Positions 11,918 through 23,424 of a stretch of DNA of 64,000 bases are shown here, one piece after another (within the stretch, counting starts at the first letter, position 1; the number at the start of each line of letters is the position of its first letter). Source of the stretch: Squalus acanthias (taxonomy: Eukaryota); the NCBI GenBank assembly GCA_030390025.1, contig CM059431.1, forward strand, positions 148,306,001 to 148,370,000, read 5' to 3'. The translations under genes and the position numbers were made by a program. The notes beneath the pieces are model-generated. The model was not told where the DNA came from. It did no database searches and worked only from the letters and a program-made list of their open reading frames with translations.

Positions 11918-12322
11918 TTAGCATAGTGGTTATGTTGCTGAACAAGTAAATAAGATGCCGGGACGAATAATCCTGAGTTGAAATCCCACCAGCTGGGGAA
12001 TTTAAATACAATTCAGCAAACAAATCTGGAAAAAAGATTGCGTCAGTATTGGTAACCATGAAACTACCGGATTGTCGTAAAAACACATCTGGTTCACGAT
12101 TGTCCTTTACGGAAGGAAATCTGCCGTCCTTATATATTGTGTACGAAATGTGACTCCAGACTCACAGCAATGTCGTTGTCTCTTCGCTGCCCTCTGAAAT
12201 GGCCGTACAAGCCATTCAGTTGTATAAGGTGGCTCACCACCACCTTCTCCAGGACAATTATGGATGGACAATAAATGGTGGCCTTGCCAGCGACATCCAC
12301 ATCCCAAGAATGAATACAAAAT
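11918..12322 (+). mobile_element. tRNA-derived SINE (copy 2), uninterrupted
   Basis: TAGCATAGTGGTTATG ... GAGTTGAAATCCC head; 3' tail GGCCTTGCCAGCGACATCCACATCCC shared with the neighbouring LINE 3' end (e.g. 55435-55465). Confidence 0.7.
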
Positions 12323-12384
12323 GATTCATTAATGGTCATAATGCAATATAAAGTGTTATAATGTATTGTTTTATTTCATTCGTT

Positions 12385-13277
12385 TATGAAATATGGGTGT
12401 CGCTGGCAAGACCAGCATTTGTTGTCCATCCCTAAATGCCCTTGAGAAGGTGGTGGTGAGTCGCCTTCTTAAATTGCTGCAGTCCCTTGTGGTGAAGGTA
12501 CTCTCACAGTGCTATTAGAGAGGGAGTTCCAGGGTTTTGACCAAGCGATTATGAAGGATCAGTGAAAAACTTCTAAGTCAGGATGGTGTGTGACTTGGAG
12601 GGGAACTTGGAGGTGGTGGTATTCCCAATGCGCCTGCTGCCCTTGTCCTTCTAGGTGGAAGAGGTTGCGAGTGGGAGGCGCTGCCGAAGAAGCCTTGGCG
12701 AGTTGCTGCAGTGCATCTTGTAGATGGTACACACTGCAGCCACGGTGCGCCGGTGGTGGAGGGAGTGAATGTTTAAGGTGTTAGGTGGGATGTCAATCAA
12801 GCGGGATGCTTTGTCCTGGATGGTGTCACAGTATTCAAATGCCTGGACCAGATACGTTTCTGGTCAATGGGGACCCCCAGAATGTTGATGGTGGGGGATT
12901 CGGCGATGGTAATGCATTAAATGTCAAGGGGAGGTGGTTAGATTCTTGGTTGTTGGAGATAGTCATTGCCTGGCAATTGTGTGGCGCAAATGTTAACTGC
13001 CACTTATCACCCAAGCCTGAACGTCGTCCAGGTCCCGTTGCATGGGGGCATGGACTGCTTCATTATCTGAGGAGTTGTAAATAGCACTGAATACTGTGCA
13101 GTCATCAGCGAACATCTCCATTTCTGACCTTATGTTGGAGGGAAGGTCATTGATGAAGCAGCTGAAGATGATTTAGTCTAGGACACTGCCCTGAGGAACT
13201 CCTACAGCGATGTCCTGGGGTTGTGATGATTGACCTTCAACCACCACAACCATCTTCCTTTGTGCTAGGTATGACTA
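12385..13277 (-). mobile_element. 5'-truncated LINE (CR1/L2-group RT, partner of the SINE)
   Basis: Same family as 26143-26550 (GVPQGSVLG, FINDLP, FADD); has an internal deletion near 12828. Confidence 0.8.
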
Positions 13278-13296
13278 AGGGGTATAATAATATAAG

Positions 13297-16200
13297 TACA
13301 TAAGAAATAGGAGCAGGAATAGGCCACTTGGCCCCTCGAGCCTGCTCCGACATTCAATAAGAGCACGGCTGATCTAGGGCTCAAAGCCACTTCCCAGCCC
13401 GCTCACCATAACTCTTCACTCCCTTATCTTGCAAAATAGTTTCTATCTCCACTTTATATGCGTTTAATGACCCAGCCTCCACAGCTCTCTGCGGCAGAGA
13501 ATTCCACAGATTTACGACCCTCTGAGAGATGAAGTTCCTCCTCATCTCAGTTCTAAAAGTGCGACCCTTTATTCTGAGACTGTGCCCCCGAATTCTAGAT
13601 TTTCCCATGAGGGGAAACATCCTCTCTGAATCTACCCTGTCGAGCCCCCTCAGAATCTCAAATGTTTCGATAAGATAACCTCTCATTCCTCTAAATTCCA
13701 ATGAGTATAGGCCCAGCCTGCTCAACCTTTCCTCATAAGTCAAACCCCTCATCCATGGAATTAACCTAATGAATCGTCCCTGAACTGCCTCCAATGCAAC
13801 TATATCCCTCCTTAAATAAGGAGACCTAAATTGTACGCAGTTCTTAATGTGTGGTCTCACCAATACCATGTACAGTTGTAGCAGGACTTCCCTGCTTGTA
13901 TACACCAACCCCCTTGAAATAAAGGCCAAAATTCAATTTGCATTTTGATTACTTGCTGTACCTGCAAACTAACTTTTTGTGGTTAATGCACAAGGAGCCC
14001 CAAGTCTTTCTGAACTGTAGCATTTTGTAATCTCTCTCCTTTTAAATAATAGTTTGCTTTTTTATTTTTCCTGCCAAAGTGGATAACCTCGCACTTTCCC
14101 ACCTTAAACTCCATCTGCCAAATGTTTGCCCTCTCACCTAGCCTGTTTAAATCAATTTGCAGATTCTTTGAGTCCTCTGCACAACTTGCTTTCCCACCCA
14201 GCTTTGTAGCATCTGCAAATTTGGCTACATTACTCTCGATCCCTTCATCAAAGTCATTAATGTAGATGTAAATAGTTGGGGCCGCAGCACCCATCCTTTT
14301 GGCACCCCATTAGTTCCCGTTTGCCAACGAGAAAATGACCCATTTATCCCCACTCTCTGCTTTCTGTTTGTTAGCCAATTCTCTATCCATGCTAATATAT
14401 TACCCCCAACTCCGTGTCCTCTTATCTTATGCAGTAATCTTTTATATGACACCTTATCGAATGCCTTCTCGAGATCCAAATACACCACATCCACTGGCTC
14501 ATCCTTGTCCACTCTGCTTGTTACATCTCAAACAACTCCAGCAAATTTGTTAAACTTGATTTCCTTTTCCTAAAACCATGCTGACTCTGTTTGACTGCAG
14601 TATGTTTTGCTAAATGCCCTGCTACTGCTTCCTTATTGAAGGACTCCAGCATTTTCCCATCGACAGATGTTAGGCTAACTGATCTATAGTTTCCTTCTTT
14701 CTGTCTCCCTCCTTTCTTAAATAGGGGTGTTACATTAGCGGTTTTCCAATCCGCTGGGACCTCTCCAGAGTCCAAGGACTTTTGGTATATTCCAACCAAT
14801 GCATCCAGTATCTCTGCAGCCACTTATTTTAAGACCGTGGGATGCAGGCCATCTGTTCCAGGGGACTTGTCGTCTTTTAGTCCCATTATTTTACTGAGTG
14901 TGATCGTGATTTTCTTCAGTTTCCCACTCGCTGTGGCCCCTTGATTATCATTATTGGGATGTTGTTGGTGTATTCTACAGTGAAGACAGATACAAAATAT
15001 TTGTTCAGAGTCTCTGCCATTTCACCGTTCCCCATTATTAATTCCCCAGTCTCATCCTCTAAGGGACCAACATTTACTTTAGCTACTCTCTTCCTTTTTA
15101 TATACCTGTAGAAGCTCTTACTAACCGGTTAAATGATTCTTGCCTGCTTACTCTCATAATTCATCTTGTATGTCTTTATTATATTTGAAGTCATCCTTTG
15201 CTGGTTTTCAAAAATGTCCCAATCCTCTGGTCTCCCACCAATCTTGGCAACATTGTATGCTTTCATTTTCAATTTGATCCCATCCTTTACTTCCTTAGTT
15301 AGCCACTGATGGTGGTCCCTTCTGTTAAAATCTTTCTTTCTCCCTGGAATATATTTTTCTTGAGAGTTATGAAATATCTCCTTAAATGTCCGCCACTGCA
15401 TTTCAACTTTCTTACCCTGTAAATAGTTTTTCTAGTCTACTTTAGCCAGTTCTGCCCTCATGCCATTATAATTGCCTTTGTTTAAGATCAGGACATTGGT
15501 TTGGGATACAACTTTCTCACCCTCCAACTGAATTTGAAATTCAACCATGCTGTGATCACTCTTTCCTAGATGATCGTCTACTATGAGAGCATTTATAAAT
15601 TCTCTCTCATTACATAGTACCAGATCTAAGATAGCCTGCTCCCTGGTTGGTTCCATTATATACTGTTCTAGGAAAACATCCCGGATGCACTCTATTAACT
15701 CCTCCTCCAGGCTACCATGGCCAATTTGATATGTCCAATCAATATGGAGATTAAAATCACCCATGATTATTTCCGTACCACTTTTTTACAGGCCTCCATT
15801 ATTTGTTGATTGATACTCTATCCAACAACATTGCTACTGTTTGGGGGCCTGTAGACTACGCCCCCCGCCACCGCCAGAGACTTTTTCCCCTTATTATTTT
15901 TTACATATAACCAAACCGATTCTACATCTTGATCTTCTGAGCCAATAGCACTTCTCACCACTGCACTGATCCCATCTTTTACAAACAAAACCACCCCACC
16001 TCCCTTTCCTTTCTTTCTATCTTTCCGAATTATCATATACCATGGAATATTCAGTTCCCAGCCCTGGTGGCCTTGCAACCACGTCAATGTAAAGGTGATC
16101 AGATCATACCCATTTGTATATATTTGTGCCGTCAACTCATTTATCTTGTTACGAATGCTGCGTGCAAACAGATACAGAGCTTTCAACTTTGTCTTTTTAC

Positions 16201-16650
16201 CAGTTTTCCTTGTTTTGGCCTTTTTTTCTGTTACACTCTTATTTTTAATCAGTCAGTCCCTTCCTGTCATACTCTGGTTATTATTTCACCCGTCTCCAGC
16301 CTGCTCTATTGCTTTCTCATTTCTCATTTATTTGAATTTTCCTGCTCATCTAGATCCTCCCCCCCCCCCCCCCACAAATCGAAACCCATTTCTCCCACAC
16401 CAGTCTTCGAGCCACTCGTTCATTTCTCTGATCTTATTTACCAGATGCAAATTCGCTCGTGGCTCAGTTAATAATCCAGAGATTATTACCTTTGTGGTTC
16501 TGCTTTTTAATTTAACCCCTCGCTGGTCATACTCTCTCAGCTGTACCTCTTTCTTTGTCCAACCTATGTCATTGGTACCTCCGTGGACCATGACAACTGG
16601 ATCTTCCCCTTCTCACTCCAAGTTTCTGTCCAACCCAGTGGAGATGTCAT
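13297..16650 (-). mobile_element. Long decayed CR1 LINE (ORF1 esterase-like part, APE endonuclease, RT)
   Basis: VHGGTNDIG...KVIISGLL (SGNH-like ORF1), ARSIRNK, VYRPPN, MGDFN, SDH (APE), KAFDKV, KFADA (RT); (ACATAAGA)-type tail at ~13297. Confidence 0.92.
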
Positions 16651-16654
16651 AACC

Positions 16655-16845
16655 TTGGTTATGATGTTTTATTAATGATCATAATGATTTATAAAGGGTT
16701 GTCATGATTTATTTGTGGTCATTATGAGTTAGAAAGGTTTAAAATGTTTTCTTAATGGTCTTAATGATCTACAAAGGTTATGATGTTTAGTTAATAGCCA
16801 TAATGATTCATAAAGGATTATGATGTTTTGTTAATTGTCATTAAT
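16655..16845. repeat. AT-rich ~38-bp minisatellite hosting the LINE insertions
   Basis: TTATGATGTTTTATTAATGGTCATAATGATTTATAAAGGG-like units; also at 12325-12385, 25620-25680, 26575-26718, 32025-32252, 50812-51040, 55485-55612 and 56525-56570. Confidence 0.8.
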
Positions 16846-17238
16846 GCTCGCCCTCGCCGCCCGGCCGTTCTCAGGGTAACCAGGCCTCCCGCTACTGCCG
16901 CCCTCCGGAATCTGGCCTTCCGCCGCCGCTCCGCGGCCTCGCTTCTGGGAAAGGGGAAACCTCAATATCGGCAATCGACCCAGGGGGGAGCCCCCGATAG
17001 AGAGAGAGAGAGAGAGAGAGAGCGACAGGCGCCATCTTTGTGCGGGGCGCCATTGCCGCCATCTTTGAATGGGGCCGGTCCCGCTTTTTTGCTCATTGAG
17101 CGGCGCCGCCATCTTTGTCGAGGGCAGGGCTGCCGCCAGCTTAGTACGGGCGGGAATTGCGCTGCGTTAGGAGGCGCGTTTGGGGTCGGCCATCTTTGTC
17201 TAGGGCACTGCTGCCTTTCCAGAGGGGCCTGACAGATG
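16845..17238 (-). repeat. CpG-rich element with clustered YY1-type motifs and a (GA)n tract (LTR/promoter-like)
   Basis: Four GCCATCTTT motifs (~17030, 17057, 17108, 17189); minus strand begins TGTCAGG; copies at 32252-32645 and 50416-50812. Confidence 0.55.
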
Positions 17239-17368
17239 TCCGAGACCCTGACAAGGAGCCCAGTGTAGACAGCGTGTGAGTGAGCGTGTGAATGTCCCCA
17301 GATCACTGGCGGCTCGCTCAAAATATCAGGCCCAGGGAACTCTCAGACTGCAAATTCTCCGCTTCTTC

Positions 17369-20339
17369 TCATCCTTTAATGAATTTTACAATCAGATTAA
17401 ATGGATATATCCCCACATTCTTCAACTGCTCTCTGAACTTAGTCTGGGTCACGGCATAAATCCCAGTGTTTGTGCAGCAACTCAGCAGCTGCAGCATCAA
17501 TGCTATTTTCTGTACATAAAGAGGTAGAGATACAGAATGATACTCCGAATACCACAACCGGTTCCAGATATAAATCACCATAAACATTGCCCATAACAGG
17601 ATGAAATTGCCGGAGATAACAAGCAGTAAAATGATGGATTTCCTGCGGCTCTCCATCTCTGGGTCTCTGGGACTCTCCCCACTGCTGGGACACCGGAGTC
17701 TCCTGCGGGCTCTGCTGGCCACTAAAATGTGTCTGACGGTGACAGCATTGAGCAGCAGAATCACAAAAAATGGGACGCCCGGGGTGAGAAGATAATGAAC
17801 GAGCTCGATTGCTCCCCAGACTCGTGAAATCATAACAGTGTATGTTACCTCACAAAACCAGGGGGTGTTCTGAAGCCGATACCGATCTTTCAACGAAAAA
17901 TACCAGAAGATATTCTTTAACCCGCTCAGCACAGTCACATTTCCCAGAACCACAGCCGCCGTTTTCTCGGTGCAATATTTATTTTTCAGCTTCTGGAGAC
18001 AAATGGCCACAAATCGATCAAAGGTGAAAGTGACGGTGAACCAGACAGAACAGTCTGTGGCTGCATAAAGCAGGACCGCGTGGATATTACACACGCGGAT
18101 GGAACGCAGGAAAATAAACTGTCTCCAATAAACAATCGGAATCTGCCTCAATATCAGGTCGAAGACAACGATCAGTAGATCCGCCGCTGCCATGGCCACC
18201 AGGTAGCGAGTGACACATTTGGAGAGACCGCACTTTCCCCGAGACAGGATCACAATCGTCACTAAGTTCACTGTGAGGAAGGGAAATAAACAGGGAAATT
18301 ATACATCAGGCTGGGATCAAGAGCAGCAGATTGAAGGAATTCGGGGAGAAATCTGCGAAACAATAGCGACATTCAATGATATAATCTAATTATATTACCT
18401 GTGGAGCTGAATACAGGGTTTGTTGTAAGAATAATCGGGAATAAATTGTTGAATCAATAAATGAAATGTTGATAAATGCAACAGGAACTGAAAATGAAAA
18501 GAACAGCAAAATACAGAAACTGCAATCTTGTCGTTCAATAATTATAGGCAATTGTATTTAAAATGTACGGCTGTAATATGCAAATGCGAAGATAATAAAT
18601 ACAAGTGCACTGCAGTTATCAAGATAACCGGGCTGCAAGAAATCTTTTGAAGATTGAGTTTTCTACATTTATGCTGAAATACACAAATTCTAGCTCATTG
18701 AAAGTAAGATTTTCCAAATAACATAAATAGTGGGAACTGAATTAAAATAAATAGTTATCATGGACCAAGTAATATCCGACTCAATGCATTTATTAGCATC
18801 ATAATCAGGCGAATTGTCCAACAGGCAAAGTGATGCCGAATGTATTTGTAAAGTATCTGAACACAAATGGAATAGATTTATCCTTGTACATTTTCACCTG
18901 TTGGTTTCCAACTTGTGCAGAGAATATTAGTCGAGAAAATATGAAAGGATTTTCTTACCCTCAGTACTTCAGTTACAATCAGCTGGGATTGTTTATTCTG
19001 CAGGACAGCAGAAGGCAATCGAGAATCACTCTGGGTCTCACTGAGAGATCCACTGATCTGTGACAGACGGGCATGGGATCCAATTGTAAATTCAAAACAA
19101 AGATTGGAAATAAACGCATTGAAATATGTCTGAGTGAATGTTTTTGAGAATGTAAATTATCCTTGTAATCCTTTTCTAACCATCAGAAGCAGTTCCACGA
19201 ATGCAGAGCATGAGATGGTGGGAAAGGAGACATTGACTGGAACTGAATGAGTCGCGGATATTTAAGACATTTAAAGATGTGGGTGTGATCTGCCAGGATT
19301 TGTTCCTGTGACTCTGTGTCAGTAACCACGCCGAGCATTCAGTGAAAACAAAAGCAAATTACTGCGAATGTTGTAAATCTGAAATAAGCACAGAAAATGT
19401 TTTCAATACTCAGCAGGTCAGGCAGCATCTGTGGAGAGAGCGAGAGTTAACGTTTCAGGTCGATGATCTTTCGTCATTTGGTGAAAAGTCTCCTAAACCA
19501 AGACAACATTCTTCTGATCTGTTACAAATGTTCAGTGCAGAGAACAGAATGAAATTCGTTAAATAAAGTGTATCGTCTAATATAGTTTGTTGAGTTGAAT
19601 ATAGAACAATTGAATCTTGGTTAAACTGTATCACCTTCAGAATCAATAGCCGAGAGCAGCGCGGATGGGATGGAGAAGGAGAAGGAGAGAAATACAGTAA
19701 AACATGATTTATAGAATGAATAGCTGGATACAAGCACTTACCAGGGACACCAACAGTAGCGAAGCGCGGGGCAATCAGTGACAAGAACAGTAATACAGTG
19801 AAACATGATTTATAGAATGAATAGCTGGATACAAGCACTTACCAGGGACACCAACAGTAGCGAAGCGCGGGGGAATCAGTGACAAGAACAGTAATACAGT
19901 GAAACATGATTTACAGAATTAATAGTTGGATACAGGGACTTACCAGGGACACCAAAAGTAGTGAGGATGGGGGGCGGGATAATTGACAAGACCATTAATA
20001 GAGTTAAACATGATTTACAGAATTAATAGTTGGATACAGAGACTTACAAGGTACATCAATAGCAGCGAGAATGCGACTGGCTTTTTAAACAACTCTTGCT
20101 TTAACAAAGATGCAACAACTTGAAAGACAGAATACAATTAAGAACTGAATTTGCCACGGTAAACAGCAATAATAATATTACAGTGTAACATGGTTTATAG
20201 AATTAATAACTGGACATAGGTTCTTACTAGGAACACCAACAGCAGCGAGGAGCGGATAGAAAATCTGTTGTATATCATTAACTATTCCCATCATCCGCAT
20301 CAGTTCATGATAACTTTCGAAAGCGCTGCTGGAACCCAT
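17369..20339 (-). CDS. Class A orphan GPCR, GPR139/GPR142-like; exons 20339-20228 and 18270-17369, ~337 aa
   Basis: Exon 1 MGSSS...IFYPLLAAVGVP ends at a phase-1 GTAAGA donor. Exon 2 follows a pyrimidine tract plus CAG and restores GVP(M)NLVTIVIL. Motifs: LVAMAAADL (TM2), CNIH...FTFDRFVAIC (TM3), PWFC (ECL2), NTGIY (TM7). No stops. Confidence 0.88.
19345..19476. repeat. Penelope-like terminal repeat fragment in the GPCR intron
   Basis: ACTCAGCAGGTCAGGCAGCATCTGTGGAGAGAG...TTAACGTTTCAGGTCGATGA; family assigned from recall only; mirrored at ~47939-48070. Confidence 0.5.
19695..20075 (-). repeat. 101-bp tandem repeat derived from the exon 1/intron junction (4 copies)
   Basis: GTAAGT donors on the minus strand (ACTTAC at 19736, 19837, 19938, 20042), each preceded by a GTTGGTGTCCCTG-like sequence. 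Confidence 0.85.
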
Positions 20340-20424
20340 GCCTTCCCTCTGTAAGAGGCTGGTGGTCTTTGTGCGGGAGGCAGCGCGCTGATTGTGTGAG
20401 GTCACACAGCGAAGGGATCTCCTT

Positions 20425-20431
20425 ATTTATA
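20425..20431 (-). promoter_or_regulatory. Probable TATA box of the left GPCR
   Basis: TATAAAT ~90 bp upstream of the ATG, conserved in both paralogues. Confidence 0.55.
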
Positions 20432-20649
20432 GCAGAGAAAAATCCCCGAGTGACATAATTAGGCCGAACTGTAACTGACATTAATTACAGTCACTGAACA
20501 AACAGACTCATTGAACCATTCTCACCACAACAATTCACTGCAACACAATCTGAAGTATCTGAGTTTTCATCTTCTCTGAACAGAATTTTATACATTGCTA
20601 GACATAGATTTCATTCCATTCGGGTTCAGTTTGAGTATCCAGTGAATAG

Positions 20650-20996
20650 CTGAGCCACACGGCGCAGGAAAGGCCCAGGCTCCATCGCCGGCCTGTGCCG
20701 AATGATTCAGATCTCACCTGGTGTGGTGCTGATCCCCACAAACACAAAGCATTGAAGGCCCAGGTTATAACCTCGGCCTGTGCTGAGTTAGCGTAATCTC
20801 ACACACGGTGTGGTACTGAGCCCACACACAAACACACACAAAGCATGGAAGGTCCAGGCTACAACGTCGGCCTGTGCTAAGTGAATCTAATCTGACACCC
20901 GGTGTGATACTGGGCCCCAGACACATAGAACAAGAAAGGCCCAGGCTCCATCCTCGGGCTGTGCTGAATGAACTGATCTCACACCCGGTGTGGTAC
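20650..20996 (+). repeat. ~90-bp tandem array resembling a tRNA-SINE head (about 4 units)
   Basis: Repeated GGTGTGGTACTGAGCC...AAAGGCCCAGGCTCCATC.CCGGCCTGTGCTGA; truncated by CR1 at ~20997. Confidence 0.65.
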
Positions 20997-23288
20997 TTGG
21001 GGACGAGTGACCATAGTATGGTGGAGTTCTACATTAGGATGGAGAAGGAAACAGTTAATTCAGAGACCATGGTCCAGGACTTAAATAAGGGCAACTTTGA
21101 GGGTATGAGGCGTGAATTGGCGAGGTTAGATTGGCAAGCGATATTTAAGGGGCAATGGCGGACATTTAGAGATCGCATGGATGAACTACAGCAATTGTAC
21201 ATCCCTGTCTGGCGTAAAAATAAAAAAGGGAAGGTGGCTCAACCATGGCTAACAAGGGAAATCAGGGATAGTATTAAAAGCAAGGAAGTGGCATACAAAT
21301 TGACCAGAATTAGCAGCAAACCCGGGGACTGGGAGAACTTTAAAACTCAGCAGAGGAGGACGAAGTGTTTGATTAGGGCAGGGAAAATAAAATATGATAG
21401 GAAGCTTGCGGAGAACATTAAAACTGACTGCAAAAGCTTCTATAAATATGTAAAAAGAAAGAGGTTAGTAAAAACAAACGTAGGTCCCCTGCAGTCGGAA
21501 ACAGGGGAAGTCATAATGGGAAACAAAGAAATGGCAGATGAATTGAACAAGTACTTTGGTTCGGTGTTTACTGTGGAGGACACACACAAACTGCCGGAAA
21601 TAAAAGGGGTCAGAGGATCTGGTAAGAGGGAGGAGCTGAGGGAAATCCTTATCAGTCTGGAAAAGGTGTTGGGGAAATTGATGGGACTGAAGGCTGATAA
21701 ATCCACAGGGCCTGATGGTCTGTATCCCAGAGTACTTAAGGAGGTGGCCTTGGAAATAGTGGATGCATTGACGATCATTTTCCAAAATTCCTTAGACTCT
21801 GGATGAGTTCCGAAGAAGTGGAGGGTGGCTAATGTAACCCCTCTTTTTAAAAAAGGAGGGAGGGAGAAAGCAGGGAATTATAGACCGGTCAGCCTGACAT
21901 CGGTCGTGGGTAAAATGATGGAATCAATTATTAAAGATGTCATAACAGACCATTCGGAAAGTGGCGACATGATAGGTCCAAGTCAGCATGGATTTGTGAA
22001 AGGGAAATCATGCTTGACAAATCTTCTGGAATTTTTTGAGGATGTTACCAATAGGGTGGACGGGGGGGAACCAGTAGATGTGGTGTATTTGGACTTTCAG
22101 AAGGCCTTCGACAAGGTCCCACACAAGAGATTGGTGTGCAAAGTTAAAGCACTTGGCATTGGGGGTAATGTGTTGACGTAGATTGAGAACTGGTTGGCAC
22201 ACAGGAAACAAAGAGTAGGAGTTAATGGATACTTTTCAGAATGGCAGGCAGTGACCAGCGGGGTCCCGCAGGGTTCGGTGCTGGGGCCCCAGCTGTTTAC
22301 ATTATATATTAATGATTTGGACGAAGGGATTAATTGTAATATCTCCAAATTTGCAGATGGCACTAAATTGGGAGGCAGTGTGAACAATGAGGAGGATGCT
22401 AGGAGGCTACAGAGTGACTTGGACAGGTTGGGTGAATGGGCAAATGTATGGCAGATGAAGTACAATGTGGATAAATGTGAGGTTATCCACTTTGGTGATA
22501 AAAATAGGGAGGCAGACTATTATCTGAATGGTGGCAGATTAGGGAAAGGGGAGGTGCAACGAGACCTGGGCGTCATGGTACATCAGTCACTGAAGGTGGG
22601 AAGGCAAGTGCAGCAGGCAGTCAAGAAAGCAAATGGCATGATGGCCTTCATAGCAAGGGGATTTGAATACAGGAGTAGGGAGGTGATGCTACAATTGTAC
22701 AGGGCCTTGGTGAGGCCACACCTGGAGTATTGTGTGCAGTTTTGGTCTCCTAACTTGAGGAAGGACATTCTTGCTATTGAGGGAGTGCAACGAAGGTTCA
22801 CTAGATTGATTCCTGGGATGGCCAGACTGACATATCAAGAAAGACTGGATCAACTGAACTTGTATCCTCTGGAGTTCAGAAGAATGAGGAGGGATCTTAT
22901 AGAGACGTTTAAAATCTTGACTGGTTTAGACAAATTAGATGCGGGCAGAATGTTTCCATTGTTGGGGAGAACTAAAACCAGGGGTCACAGTCTAAGGATA
23001 AAGGGGAAGCCATTTAAGACTGAGATGAGGAGGAACTTCTTCACCCAGAGAGTGGTGAATCTGTGGAATTCTCTACCACAGAAGGTTGTTGAGGCCAGTT
23101 CGCTAAATATATTCAAAAGGGAGTTAGATATAATACTCACAACTAGGGGGATCAAGGGGTATGGCGAGAAAGCAGGAATGGGGTACTGAGGTAGCATGTT
23201 CAGCCATGAACGCATTGAATGGCGGTGCAGGCTCGAAGGACCGAATGGTCTACTCCTGCACCTATTTTCTATGTTTCTATGTTTCTAT
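20997..23288 (+). mobile_element. Relatively young 5'-truncated CR1 LINE
   Basis: ORFs 20874-21806, 21825-22181 and 22194-23189 are in one frame and separated only by stop codons; full RT motif set; (CTATGTTT)n tail. Confidence 0.95.
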
Positions 23289-23416
23289 CAGATCCTGTCG
23301 TCTACTGCAATTTTGTACACAACCCCTAAATATGTCCAAAGTCTAGGAACCAGAGGGGTGTGGGAGCGATTCCAACCGCTCACTGAGTCAGAAAGCGAAA
23401 GCTGACCCCATTACCA
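23288..23416 (+). mobile_element. LTR 3'-terminal (U5) fragment of the env-2 LTR family
   Basis: Clearly similar to the reverse complement of 6185-6310, ending GCTGACCCCATTACCA; no TGG primer-binding site follows. Confidence 0.8.
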
Positions 23417-23424
23417 TTCCTTTA

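Larger units (their letters stand above)
7625..20995 (-). repeat. Left arm of large inverted segmental duplication
   Basis: Order env-2, CR1, minisatellite, SINE, LINE, CR1, CpG element, GPCR, 90-bp array is mirrored at 46300-61961; similarity stops after ...CAAAATAAAGGC (7625 / 61961). Confidence 0.92.

Noticed and set aside
17369..18271. GPCR as a single-exon 300-aa gene starting at GTG (also 49384-50286)
   Set aside because: The GTG overlaps a splice acceptor (CAG|TG) and the first half of TM1 is on an upstream exon.
17369..20339. Assigning the symbol GPR139
   Set aside because: Only family-level resemblance; duplicated and divergent, so orthology cannot be shown from the sequence alone.
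20874..21806. 310-aa ORF as a host-LINE fusion gene
   Set aside because: The N-terminal ~40 codons are chance read-through from the 90-bp tandem array into a truncated CR1.
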